Assembly: GCA_030681615.1 (NCBI GenBank)
Contig: JAUXSA010000138.1
Location: forward strand, 7,828 to 71,827
DNA: 64,000 bases
Reading direction: 5' to 3'
Source of the DNA: Bacteroidota bacterium
GTDB taxonomy: Bacteria; Bacteroidota; Bacteroidia; B-17B0; Aurantibacillaceae
The notes below the pieces were generated by a model. That model saw nothing but the letters and a program-made list of their open reading frames with translations. It made no database searches and was not told the DNA's origin. This document shows, piece after piece, positions 54,933 to 64,000 of the stretch. A program made the translations under genes and the position numbers. Within the stretch, counting starts at the first letter, position 1. Each line of letters starts with the position of its first letter.

Positions 54933-56204
54933 TTAATAACCATATTTCTCTTTCCACAATTTTTTTAGGTAATTTCTTTGTTCTTGTTCCCGCGCATTAT
55001 TTCCGGGTTCATAAAACTTTGTTTCAGCAATTTGATCGGGTAAAAATTCCTGGTCAATAAAATTGTTATCAAAAGAGTGGGCATATTTATACTCCTTACC
55101 ATAATTTAAATTCTTCATGAGTTTGGTAGGTGCATTCCTTAAATGTAAAGGTACGGGCAGATCACCCGTTTTGTCAACCAGGGCAGAGGCTTCATCAATA
55201 GCCATATAGCTGGCATTGCTTTTTGCACTGCAAGCTAAATAAGTAACGCATTGACTTAAAATAATACGTGACTCCGGCATTCCAATTACATTTACCGCAT
55301 TAAAACAGTTGTTGGCAAGCAGTAAAGCGTTAGGATTAGCATTGCCAATATCTTCGCTGGCTAAAATTAAAAGTCGGCGGGCAATAAATAAAGGATCTTC
55401 GCCACCTTTTATCATACGTGCCAGGTAATACACGGCTGCATTAGGATCGCTGCCCCTGATGGATTTTATAAATGCGGAAATAATATCGTAATGCTGTTCG
55501 CCGCTTTTATCATACAAGGCTAAATTTTGTTGAATTACCGTAAGCACCAATTCGTTCGTAATTTCAATAGTATTACTTGTAGAACTGTTAACCACAATCT
55601 CTAAAGCGTTTAATAATTTACGTGCGTCGCCGCCACTAATGCGTAGTAAGGCTTCATGTTCTTTTACAATAATTGTTTTTGTTTTTAAGAACTCATCGTT
55701 CTTAATTGCATTTGTAAAAAGATCAACCAATTCCTGTTCTTCTAAATTTTTAAGAACGTAGATCTGGCAACGTGAAAGTAAAGCCGGGATAACTTCAAAT
55801 GATGGATTTTCGGTAGTGGCGCCAATTAATGTAACTACACCTTTTTCTACCGCGCCTAATAAAGAATCTTGTTGCGATTTGCTAAAACGATGGATCTCAT
55901 CGATGAACAGAACGGGTTTGTTTTGATTAAAAATATTATTATCTGAAGCTTTTTCTATTACCTCACGCACTTCTTTTACACCACTGTTTATGGCGCTTAA
56001 ATGGTAAAAAGGCCGTTTTAATTCGGTAGCAATTATTAATGCCAACGAGGTTTTGCCAACGCCCGGCGGGCCCCAAAAAAGAATGGATGGCAGCAGGTTT
56101 TGGAGGATAGCATTGCGCAAAGCACTGCCTACGCCTATAATGTGTTGTTGCCCAATGTATTGATCGAGGCTCTGTGGGCGCATTCTTTCGGCTAGAGGCT
56201 GCAT
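54933..56204 (-). CDS. rarA: replication-associated recombination protein A (RarA/MgsA AAA+ ATPase)
   Basis: Walker A GPPGVGKTS, Walker B FIDEIHRF, and C-terminal ..DPNAAVYYLARM...GEDP.FIARRL. Confidence 0.9.
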   Translation of the reverse strand: MQPLAERMRPQSLDQYIGQQHIIGVGSALRNAILQNLLPSILFWGPPGVGKTSLALIIATELKRPFYHLSAINSGVKEVREVIEKASDNNIFNQNKPVLFIDEIHRFSKSQQDSLLGAVEKGVVTLIGATTENPSFEVIPALLSRCQIYVLKNLEEQELVDLFTNAIKNDEFLKTKTIIVKEHEALLRISGGDARKLLNALEIVVNSSTSNTIEITNELVLTVIQQNLALYDKSGEQHYDIISAFIKSIRGSDPNAAVYYLARMIKGGEDPLFIARRLLILASEDIGNANPNALLLANNCFNAVNVIGMPESRIILSQCVTYLACSAKSNASYMAIDEASALVDKTGDLPVPLHLRNAPTKLMKNLNYGKEYKYAHSFDNNFIDQEFLPDQIAETKFYEPGNNAREQEQRNYLKKLWKEKYGY

Positions 56205-56349
56205 TTTTGTTAATTATTTTTAACGGTTAAGTAAATAATAATTTCCTATTTTTACATAAGGAAAATTAGCAAGATTTAAATTGTTATGAAACATCAAGGT
56301 TTATGCCATTAAAAGCCAGACCCATATTTGTAAAATTTTAAAACAGACC

Positions 56350-56871
56350 ATGAACAACAAAAAAATATTTTCGATCTCAACTTTAACATTAGCAGTTATT
56401 TTATTAATGTCATTTGCTTTTAAAGGCGAAAAAGATCCATTACACAAACGTGTATTTAACATTAATATTACCGAGGTTAAAGACGGCGTGGTTGCTAAAA
56501 AATCTATCATGGATAAAATGGAGTTTAAAGACGGCAAATTGTGGAGCGACTTTTTATATGATAAATACCAGTACAAATGGTTAAAGTACCGCATTAATAA
56601 AGATTCTATTTATACCGATTCTACCGACACGGAAGTACGCTTATTAGAAGTTGAGGCTACTATTACTGACGATAAAGACCAAACCATTACAGTTAATTTT
56701 ACCAATGTAGAGTGGGATATAGAAGGCACCATTAAAATGACTAAAAGCGATAAGCCGAAAAAGTTTTACGATTTTGCCGGTCGTGAAAAAGGTGGCAAAC
56801 CTAAAAAGCCTAAGAAACCTAAAAAAGGTGAGCCAATTGAAGGCGAACAAAAAATGGAAGAGCCAAAGTAA
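56350..56871 (+). CDS. hypothetical secreted protein with a Lys/Pro-rich tail
   Basis: Signal peptide and a C-terminal GGKPKKPKKPKKGEP tail. Confidence 0.5.
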   Translation: MNNKKIFSISTLTLAVILLMSFAFKGEKDPLHKRVFNINITEVKDGVVAKKSIMDKMEFKDGKLWSDFLYDKYQYKWLKYRINKDSIYTDSTDTEVRLLEVEATITDDKDQTITVNFTNVEWDIEGTIKMTKSDKPKKFYDFAGREKGGKPKKPKKPKKGEPIEGEQKMEEPK

Positions 56872-57028
56872 AGGCTTATAGTATAAACAAATAGTTCGTT
56901 TTTTTGTTTTACTCTTACTTAAATTTTGAAAATTTTTATATTTCGTTTTTTAACATTAATTGCGAAAGCCTTTTGTAAGGTACCGGTTTGTTGATCGTAT
57001 ATATGATATACATATTCTAAGTAAAAAA

Positions 57029-57715
57029 ATGAAAAAAATAAAAATATATTTTAAATCAACAACAACTTTTGTTGCAGCTGTTTTTTTTATGATGGCTTGC
57101 ACGCAAGCGTCAAACCCAAATAAAGTAATTATGAACGTAGAAACAAATACAAGCCCGGTTAATATTCATTCAACCAACCAAACTATTGATACTGCTACTT
57201 TTGGCGCCGGATGTTTCTGGTGCGTTGAAGCAGTTTTTCAAAGATTGAACGGTGTTATAAGCATTAAAAGTGGTTATGCCGGTGGTACAGTAAAAAATCC
57301 TTCATATAAAGAAGTATGCACAGGCACAACCGGACACGCAGAAGTTTGCCAGATAATATTTGACAAGAGTAAAATTAAATTTGATGAGTTACTGGAAGTG
57401 TTCTGGAAAACACACGATCCTACTACGTTAAATTATCAAGGAAATGATCATGGCACTCAATATCGCTCGGTAGTTTTTTATCATAATGCAGAGCAAAAAG
57501 AATTAGCCGAAAAATATAAAAAACAAATTAATGATGAGAAGGCTTATCCAAATCCAATAGTTACAGAAATTGTACCTTTCAATAATTATTATGAGGCGGA
57601 AGCATATCACCAAAATTATTATAACCAAAATGGCAGCGAGGGTTATTGTCAATTTGTGATACAACCCAAAGTAGAAAAATTTGAAAAGATCTTTAAAGAT
57701 AAAATGAAGAAATAA
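57029..57715 (+). CDS. msrA: peptide-methionine (S)-S-oxide reductase MsrA (exported form)
   Basis: Active site GAGCFWCVE and ..GHAEVCQI.. Start chosen at MKKIKIYF. Confidence 0.9.
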   Translation: MKKIKIYFKSTTTFVAAVFFMMACTQASNPNKVIMNVETNTSPVNIHSTNQTIDTATFGAGCFWCVEAVFQRLNGVISIKSGYAGGTVKNPSYKEVCTGTTGHAEVCQIIFDKSKIKFDELLEVFWKTHDPTTLNYQGNDHGTQYRSVVFYHNAEQKELAEKYKKQINDEKAYPNPIVTEIVPFNNYYEAEAYHQNYYNQNGSEGYCQFVIQPKVEKFEKIFKDKMKK

Positions 57716-57717
57716 TT

Positions 57718-58221
57718 TTATTGGGTTAAAATTATTTTATAAGAGTTTTTTAAATCTATAGAAATAATAAATTCTTTAGAAGTTAATTTTTTAATCTCCC
57801 AACGAGGGTTTAAATTTAAAAATTCAGGAAACAAAATATTTCTTTGACAATAATTATTGTTACATTGAATGGAATCATTATGTGTGTCCCAGTCATAGGC
57901 AATAAGTATTTTTTTCTCAGAAACCGTTCCTGAATAATTTTGAAAAGAAGTAGTCGCCCGGTATTCAATCGATGGTTCCGATTGAACATATTTAAATGTA
58001 ATAAAGTTATCGAAATTAGACCCTTGAATTAAGTTTGTAGAGTCGATGCCGTTTACTTCATATAGTTTAAGTTTCCAAGTTTTTGAATTACCTGCTTTAT
58101 GTCCACCAAATAAATGCTTGCAAGTCTGCTTTACGAGACCACCTTCATCATACTTTTTACAAGTATTAAATGAAAGTGCAAACAGTAAAATAAGCGAAAT
58201 ATTTAATTTGGTCAATTTCAT
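57718..58221 (-). CDS. hypothetical lipoprotein
   Basis: Lipobox-like SFNTC. No other motif. Confidence 0.45.
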   Translation of the reverse strand: MKLTKLNISLILLFALSFNTCKKYDEGGLVKQTCKHLFGGHKAGNSKTWKLKLYEVNGIDSTNLIQGSNFDNFITFKYVQSEPSIEYRATTSFQNYSGTVSEKKILIAYDWDTHNDSIQCNNNYCQRNILFPEFLNLNPRWEIKKLTSKEFIISIDLKNSYKIILTQ

Positions 58222-58239
58222 TATCTAAATAAAGATAAC

Positions 58240-58267
58240 AAAAAAAGCGGAAGATTTCTCCCGCTTT
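58240..58267 (-). terminator. terminator hairpin, copy A of an identical 28 bp repeat
   Basis: aaaaaaagcggaagatttctcccgcttt. On the minus strand this reads as the stem GCGGGAGA/TCTTCCGC followed by T7. Identical to 62099-62126. Confidence 0.8.
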
Positions 58268-58294
58268 TGTAAAACAAAAATCAATTACAAACAA

Positions 58295-59764
58295 TTATTT
58301 TTGAATAATAACCCGTTTGTATTCAGTCTTTTTAGTGTATTCATTATGTATTTTAAGCATATATACTCCCGAAGCTAATTCTTTAAATTGAAAATCTTCA
58401 AATTCGCCGTTCTCTAAATAATTAGAAGTAACAGAATACAAAACTCTGCCGTTTACATCAATTAATTCAAAATCAAATGGATCCGTTGTATAAACTAAAC
58501 TCTTAATTTTAAAACACCCTTTTGAAGGATTAGGGAATAATTCTAAAGTTGAGATTGACTCCGTATTATTTATTTCTTCTTTTGGCAATTCTCCTTTTTT
58601 CTCATCATAATAATAATTTACACTGTTGCTGTCAATATCAGTTTTATCAATTTGGTTTGCCGTGCGCATTGCTGTACAAGCCATATTTGACTTAATGGTT
58701 ACATTTGAACCACTTTCAGCTGTAAATCCGGGTAATGCTGTAATAACGTTTCCACCGGCTTCAAAATTAAACTCCGATCCACTTATAATTCTAAGTGTTT
58801 TGTTGCTGTGGGCAAGATACATGTTTCCATCACATTTTATAGTTATGAGATTAGAGGGTTGATAATCTGCGGCCGGCCAGTATAGACCATCTAAAAAAAG
58901 ATCACCACTGTAACATTCTATTTCTCCGCCTGAATTACCAATTAAACCAAAAATATTATTTGGATTTAGCTTATTTCGTGTTACACTATTCCCCAGCCAA
59001 AAACTTCGAAATTTACCAAAATTAGCAAATTGAGTATTAAAACAGGTTTCAGTAGATGCTGGGGTTCCCCCCGAAAGAACACCAATTAAACGCCTATTGA
59101 AATTTAATAAGCCAGACCCTGAAGAGCCTTTCTGAGTTCTCCCATCAGTCCAAAATACGTCATATCTTGTTGGAATATTTATCAGAGAAATATTTGCACT
59201 TATTGCATGACTTATTTTTTTCATATCAGCAGCTGGAAGGGAAAAATCATAAAAATCTCCACCACTGTATGTTGCAAAAGGTGTAGCAGTCCAGCCAGAA
59301 TAATAAGGTTTATAATGCGGTGGGATTGGACTTTCAATTTTTAAAACAGCAATATCCCAAAGTAAACTCTCATCAATTAATGTTAATTTTGTTTTCAATT
59401 TATATCTGCCTTCATATGCAATATTTGCACAACCAGGAGAGGAATAGTTAAAAATAACATCAACGTTTGTTAAGTCGAGTAATGGGCCAAAGCCAGAATT
59501 TCCTTGGTGAATTACATGTCGTGCCGTAATAATAATGTTTTCCTGTTCATTATCGTCAGAAAAATCTTGCCTAAGTAGTGTCGCAGTTCCACTTGTACCA
59601 CCGTCATAAATAAATAATTTAACAACAGATCTTGTATTATTATCTAAAAAGTCTTGAGGTGGAGGATTTGGTGAACAATAAACGTTGTTTGTACATGGTA
59701 ATGCTGGTTGCGATAATGTATTCAGCGCAAAGCATAAAATTAGAAAAGAGTAAATAATTTTCAT
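58295..59764 (-). CDS. trypsin-like (S1) serine endopeptidase with a T9SS C-terminal sorting domain
   Basis: Catalytic triad contexts ITARHVIH, WDIAVLKI and KGSSGSGLL. C-terminal ..LELFPNPSKGCFKIKS...GVYMLKI...RVIIQK. Confidence 0.7.
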   Translation of the reverse strand: MKIIYSFLILCFALNTLSQPALPCTNNVYCSPNPPPQDFLDNNTRSVVKLFIYDGGTSGTATLLRQDFSDDNEQENIIITARHVIHQGNSGFGPLLDLTNVDVIFNYSSPGCANIAYEGRYKLKTKLTLIDESLLWDIAVLKIESPIPPHYKPYYSGWTATPFATYSGGDFYDFSLPAADMKKISHAISANISLINIPTRYDVFWTDGRTQKGSSGSGLLNFNRRLIGVLSGGTPASTETCFNTQFANFGKFRSFWLGNSVTRNKLNPNNIFGLIGNSGGEIECYSGDLFLDGLYWPAADYQPSNLITIKCDGNMYLAHSNKTLRIISGSEFNFEAGGNVITALPGFTAESGSNVTIKSNMACTAMRTANQIDKTDIDSNSVNYYYDEKKGELPKEEINNTESISTLELFPNPSKGCFKIKSLVYTTDPFDFELIDVNGRVLYSVTSNYLENGEFEDFQFKELASGVYMLKIHNEYTKKTEYKRVIIQK

Positions 59765-60247
59765 TTAATATTCTTTAGTTTGAAATTCTACTGAGTAATT
59801 AGTTGGTATTTTATTGATCACAACCCAATTCTGACTTGAAATAAGTTTTTTGCAAAATCGTGAGTCGCAAATTTTTATCGAGTATATGACATTGTTGTTT
59901 TCTGAATCGAAAGAAACGTTTCTATAAAAATCACTACAAGCCCCACTTGTATATTTACCCAATAAAGAAAATTTGCTAAAATCTATATTACATATAATGC
60001 TATCTCCAGGATTGTTGATTGGATTGTATAAATAATAATTATTTATTAAAAAATTCCTGAAAGAATTAGTGTCATTAATAATATAATTTTGACTTCTATC
60101 AATTGTAATACTTGATTTACTATCAAAAGAATATTCATTAACAATCTCACCACTATATGGCGAGCCTTTACACTCCCTTCTTCTTTTACAATTTAAGAAA
60201 AGAAAGGGTATTAAAAATAATAGCAAAAACGTGATATTTTTTTTCAT
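59765..60247 (-). CDS. hypothetical lipoprotein
   Basis: Lipobox FLNCK. TAAATG junction with the protease gene and ATGA overlap with the upstream gene. Confidence 0.5.
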   Translation of the reverse strand: MKKNITFLLLFLIPFLFLNCKRRRECKGSPYSGEIVNEYSFDSKSSITIDRSQNYIINDTNSFRNFLINNYYLYNPINNPGDSIICNIDFSKFSLLGKYTSGACSDFYRNVSFDSENNNVIYSIKICDSRFCKKLISSQNWVVINKIPTNYSVEFQTKEY

Positions 60248-61970
60248 TTTTGTTCTATTGAATTTTTTAGTTTAGCATTTTCGACTTTTAATTTTTCAAT
60301 TTCTTTTTTCATTTCAAACAAGTACAAATAGATGTCTTCTATTTTTTCCATTTGTTTTCCTTGCATTTCGGCTAAGTTTAAACCACATTCTTCTTTTTTA
60401 AGATCGTCAGCGCTTGGAATATTGGGTAAATGTTTGTTTTCTCTCACGTAGTTTTGTACAGCATCTAAATCCTGCAACTTATAATTTTTTTCAAATACAT
60501 AATCAGGCCAAGGATTAGAAAGTGTAACTTTCACTTCACGAGCACCTATTTTACCATTAACTGTAAGAGCGTATGAACCACTACCTGCAATTTCTCCACC
60601 AATTTGTGTTTTACCATCACTCATAACCGTAAAAGGTGATGTAGCGAAATTTGAATTGCTTACAGTAATTAATTTTGAAGAGTTATTATTTACAGAATAT
60701 CTAATTCCATTTGGGAAGCCACTTTCAGGATTAGAATTTAGATTAATATATAATTTAGAGTTATTATCTTGCATAGCGGACAGATTGGCAAAACCAATTT
60801 GTGCTGTAGTGGCAATATGAGTTTGTCCATTGCCGTATACTGCAAAACTTTCGATTGTATTTTTAATAGTTAATGCTTTTGAAGTTGCCGCGGCATTACT
60901 AATCTCTGTAGCCCCTGTATTTTTTACTTTAAAATTTACCTGATTACTATTATTGCCATCTGCAATTTGTAAGGCGTCTGTATTGGTAGTAGTGATAAGA
61001 GTTTTACCATCCCCTTGTACACTAAACCTTTCAGTGCCATCTATAGTACTGTTTGGCGCTTTAAAAATGCCAAAAGCTTTTTCGGCATCGTTGAACTCTA
61101 TTATTTTTACACCATATGTTGCAACATCACCGTGTTTTACTTTAATCCCATTTGAAGCGGAGCCGTTAGCCTGAATAAATAATTTACTATTGTTGTCTAT
61201 AAAGTTAAGAGCGCTAGGTATGCCTATTTGCATATTTTCAGTCAGGTTTAATTTACCGGAAATAGAAACGGCATTTGTTAGGTTATTTCCAAAACCCGGA
61301 GCTGATGGAGCAAAAAAGAGTACATTACGGCTACAAGTATTATTAATAAATAAATCACCCATGTGATTTAAAGGGCCGGCTCCACCACCTTGAGATTCAA
61401 TAAAGGCTTTTGCGCCTGTATGACCTAAAACTAAATTACCGCCCGTTCCGGCAGTTTGATTATTTAAATTTTGTTTAATTGAAATCGCATTTGGAAAACT
61501 TGATAAATAGTTTAGACCTAAAACACAGGCTAAATTCGGAGTTGGGTCTGGGCTGCTTGGGTCTCCGGGGTTTTGTGGATTCAGAGGGCCTGTTGAAGGA
61601 GGGAATACTTTAAATATGGATGGTGAAGTAGCGGTTGCAGGCGAATACCCAAAACTAATAAAATCATTTGCACTGCCCATAGAAATATTTTTATTGACCA
61701 AAATATTATTTGACACTTCTATATTGCCACTTACTTGTAGATCTTTTTCGGAACAACATCATCTTTTGCACGTAACGTATCATTAGCTGTTATACACTGT
61801 CCCCTGATAGCTCCACCGGCAGTAATACTATTGGTTACCATTACCTCCGTAGCAGTATATGTTGTTTGACCTTTGGTTGCGCTGTTAATTAAAAAGAACA
61901 TTGTTAAAATAACAATTTGACGTGTGCCAATGTTTACTTTTGCATTGAAAAACTGGGATAATTTTTTCAT
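60244..61970 (-). pseudogene. tail-fibre-like surface protein interrupted by a -1 frameshift at an A5 tract (79 aa signal-peptide ORF plus 490 aa ORF)
   Basis: The frames overlap at 61734-61758. One extra A in the run (T5 on the plus strand, 61744-61748) gives a single ORF of about 570 aa. The C-terminus ..WPDYVFEKNYKL..L..V..Y...NKHLPNIPSA.. plus a coiled coil recurs in Bacteroidota tail-fibre-domain proteins. Confidence 0.55.
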
Positions 61971-62098
61971 AAATAAGATTTGGGTTTAATCAAATTTACA
62001 ATAAAAACAATAACATCCAAATTTTGAAGCGTTAAATCTAAAATAACTTTTATATCTGGCGGGTTTGTTAGTATTTGATCTTTTTGAAGCTATTTCAT

Positions 62099-62126
62099 AA
62101 AAAAAGCGGAAGATTTCTCCCGCTTT
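62099..62126 (-). terminator. efp terminator hairpin, copy B of the identical 28 bp repeat
   Basis: Same 28-mer as 58240-58267, about 40 nt after the efp stop. Confidence 0.8.
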
Positions 62127-62166
62127 AGTCTTGTGTCTTGAGTCCTTTATCCTTTGTCAAAGAAAA

Positions 62167-62730
62167 CTACTTCTTAATTCTCTCCACGTAATCACCTGTA
62201 CGTGTATCTATCTTTACCCAATCTCCCTGGTTAAAAAATAATGGCACTTTAATTTCTGTTCCTGTATCTAAGGTTGCAAATTTTAATGTGTTGGTGGCCG
62301 TATCGCCTTTTAAGCCGGGTTCAGTGTACGTAATTTCAGCTTCAATAAAAGTTGGTGGCTCTGCAATAATTGGTTCATCACCTTCAAAGCTTACTTTTAC
62401 TTCCATACCTTCTTTTAAGAAACGGCCGCCATTACCAAACATCAACATTGGTATATGCACCTGTTCAAAATTTTCGTTATCCATTACAACAGCAAATTCG
62501 CCTTCGGTATAAATGAACTGCATCATTTTATATTCTACACGAACTAGCTCAACGCTCTCACCACTTCTAAAACGGTTCTCGGTTTGTTTACCGTTTTTTA
62601 AGTTGCGCATTTTAGCCTGGTAAAAAGCACGTAAATTGCCGGGTGTACGGTGTTGCCAATCTGTTATTTGTACAATGTCGCCATTAAATCTTATTACTGA
62701 TCCAACGTTAATATCTCCTGTGTCTGCCAT
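62167..62730 (-). CDS. efp: translation elongation factor P
   Basis: Full-length EF-P pattern, including C-terminal ..PGLKGDTA...KVPLF...G..VKIDTRTGDYVERIK. Confidence 0.95.
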   Translation of the reverse strand: MADTGDINVGSVIRFNGDIVQITDWQHRTPGNLRAFYQAKMRNLKNGKQTENRFRSGESVELVRVEYKMMQFIYTEGEFAVVMDNENFEQVHIPMLMFGNGGRFLKEGMEVKVSFEGDEPIIAEPPTFIEAEITYTEPGLKGDTATNTLKFATLDTGTEIKVPLFFNQGDWVKIDTRTGDYVERIKK

Positions 62731-62775
62731 TTGAAATGATAAATTTTAAATTATTAATTATAAATTTTTAATTAG

Positions 62776-63750
62776 TTAAGCTTCCGTTTCTACTTCTATA
62801 TCATGCACCACACCCATTGCCGAAAATTTATTAATGCGTTGTTCAATTCTTTCTTCAGCACTAAATTTATTTAAAGTTGCAAGGTGTTTTAAAATTTCTT
62901 CTTTAACGGTTGCAAAAATTTCTTCATGGTTACGGTGCGCGCCGCCAAGAGGTTCTTTAATGATACCATCAATTAAACCATTTTTGCTCATGTTATCAGC
63001 TGTTAATTTTAATGCGTCTGCTGCTTGTTCTTTAAAACTCCAGCTGCGCCATAAAATAGAAGAACAAGATTCCGGCGAAATTACCGAGTACCATGTATTT
63101 TCAAGCATCAATACTTTATCGCCAATACCAATACCTAAAGCACCACCACTGGCACCTTCGCCAATAATGATACAAATTACAGGTACTTTTAATTGTACCA
63201 TTTCTAATAAATTACGGGCAATAGCTTCGCCTTGTCCGCGCTCTTCGGCTTCCAGTCCGGGATAAGCGCCGGGGGTATCAATAAAAGTAACAATAGGCTT
63301 GTTGAATTTTTCGGCCATTTTCATTAAACGCAGGGCTTTGCGGTAACCTTCGGGGTTAGCCATACCAAACCGGCGGATCTGGCGCATCTTGGTATTAATA
63401 CCTTTTTGCTGCCCAATGAACATAACGGTTTGCCCGTCAATTTCACCAAAACCGCCCACCATAGCTTTATCGTCACCAACGGTGCGATCGCCATGTAGTT
63501 CAATAAAAGTTTTGTTTGAAACAGAATCTATATAAGCTAATGTATAAGGTCTTTCCGCATGGCGACTAACCTGTACACGTTGCCAGGGTGTTAAGTTGGA
63601 ATAAAGTTCGTGCGTTTTAGCGGTAATATGACTTTCCAGTTCTTTAATTTTTTCGGTAAGGTCTACTTTACTTTTAGAAGCAACTTCTTTAAGTTTGGTA
63701 ATCTCTTCCTCTAAATCCTGAATTGGTTTTTCAAAATCCAAATAGATCAT
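62776..63750 (-). CDS. accA: acetyl-CoA carboxylase carboxyltransferase subunit alpha
   Basis: ..[22 protein letters not shown].. and ..[13 protein letters not shown].. motifs. Confidence 0.9.
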   Translation of the reverse strand: MIYLDFEKPIQDLEEEITKLKEVASKSKVDLTEKIKELESHITAKTHELYSNLTPWQRVQVSRHAERPYTLAYIDSVSNKTFIELHGDRTVGDDKAMVGGFGEIDGQTVMFIGQQKGINTKMRQIRRFGMANPEGYRKALRLMKMAEKFNKPIVTFIDTPGAYPGLEAEERGQGEAIARNLLEMVQLKVPVICIIIGEGASGGALGIGIGDKVLMLENTWYSVISPESCSSILWRSWSFKEQAADALKLTADNMSKNGLIDGIIKEPLGGAHRNHEEIFATVKEEILKHLATLNKFSAEERIEQRINKFSAMGVVHDIEVETEA

Positions 63751-63775
63751 TTTTTTGTTTGCGTTAGTTAGGCTG

Positions 63776-63783
63776 CAAAGATA
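63776..63783 (-). promoter_or_regulatory. -7 promoter box TAtcTTTG upstream of accA
   Basis: The plus strand reads caaagata, 26 nt before the ATG at 63750. Confidence 0.45.
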
Positions 63784-63856
63784 CGGTTTTTTAAAAAAAC
63801 TACCATTTTTATTACCAAATCGTTAAAAAATAGGCAGGTAATTGCAGATTTTGAGT

Positions 63857-63864
63857 TATTTTTG
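63857..63864 (+). promoter_or_regulatory. -7 promoter box TAttTTTG for the ORF leaving the right edge
   Basis: TATTTTTG lies about 10 nt before a TTG in the open frame. Confidence 0.3.
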
Positions 63865-63874
63865 AACAGTTAAA

Positions 63875-64000
63875 TTGATTTCTTACATATTCATTTTTGC
63901 CCTTTTATTTTCTCTTTTTGCCAAATTAGAGGTGTGTATCAGCTATTTAATTAACCAAAAATACTACGCCGAGGTATTATGTGAGAATAAAGAAGAGGAA
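63875..64000 (+). CDS. 5' end of a hypothetical membrane-anchored protein leaving the right edge
   Basis: The frame is open from 63866 to the window end (..LISYIFIFALLFSLFAKLEVCISYLINQKYYAEVLCENKEEE). There is no in-frame ATG, so a TTG start at 63875 is assumed. Confidence 0.3.
   Translation, partial: MISYIFIFALLFSLFAKLEVCISYLINQKYYAEVLCENKEEE

Noticed and set aside
62019-62072. ACTAAC / GTTAGT-type motifs in the spacer upstream of the tail-fibre-like gene, considered as another attC-like element.
   Set aside because: I could not fold a convincing palindrome around them, and such hexamers are expected many times by chance in 64 kb of AT-rich sequence.
62834-63265. 143 aa plus-strand ORF.
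   Set aside because: It is entirely antisense to the well-supported accA gene and has a low-complexity Ser/Pro/Ala-rich translation.

Overview
This 64 kb window is low-GC chromosomal DNA from a member of the Bacteroidota, probably Flavobacteriia- or Sphingobacteriia-like. The evidence is a gliding and type IX secretion (T9SS) core (porV, porU, a PorP/SprF-like gene, gldJ followed by murF), at least five ORFs ending in T9SS C-terminal sorting domains, and several TAnnTTTG -7 promoter boxes. Housekeeping genes fill much of the window: yidC, atpDC, ribF, recG, rarA, msrA, efp, accA, murF, and a crtZ / lycopene-cyclase / glycosyltransferase carotenoid module. I found no rRNA, tRNA, CRISPR array, transposase or integrase. 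The accessory part runs from about 19.4 to 43.5 kb, with a second piece at 57.7-62.1 kb. Five observations stand out. (1) A roughly 3 kb island (37.3-40.5 kb) is bounded by 105-114 bp direct repeats that each carry a terminator hairpin and a promoter box. The island holds a subclass B1 metallo-beta-lactamase apparently co-transcribed with a bleomycin-resistance-like VOC protein. Its ORFs are followed by long imperfect palindromes with CTAAC...GTTAG termini and bulged bases, which resemble integron attC sites, but no integrase is in view. Weaker elements of the same style follow three ORFs at 29.6-31.1 kb. This cassette-like architecture is my best candidate for something undescribed, and it is inference from hand-folded sequence. 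(2) A TonB-dependent receptor operon is flanked by two paralogous small His/Cys-rich membrane proteins and includes a lipoprotein. (3) A Crp/Fnr regulator sits next to two paralogous outer-membrane barrel genes, each preceded by the same palindrome at identical spacing from a -7 box. (4) A 3.8 kb insertion downstream of efp is bracketed by identical 28 bp terminator copies. It carries a T9SS-secreted S1 protease, a lipoprotein, and a tail-fibre-like gene interrupted at an A5 tract. (5) EF-P has Asn at the tip-loop position where characterised EF-Ps carry a modified Lys or Arg. All functional calls rest on motifs I can read in the supplied translations, and no database search was possible.
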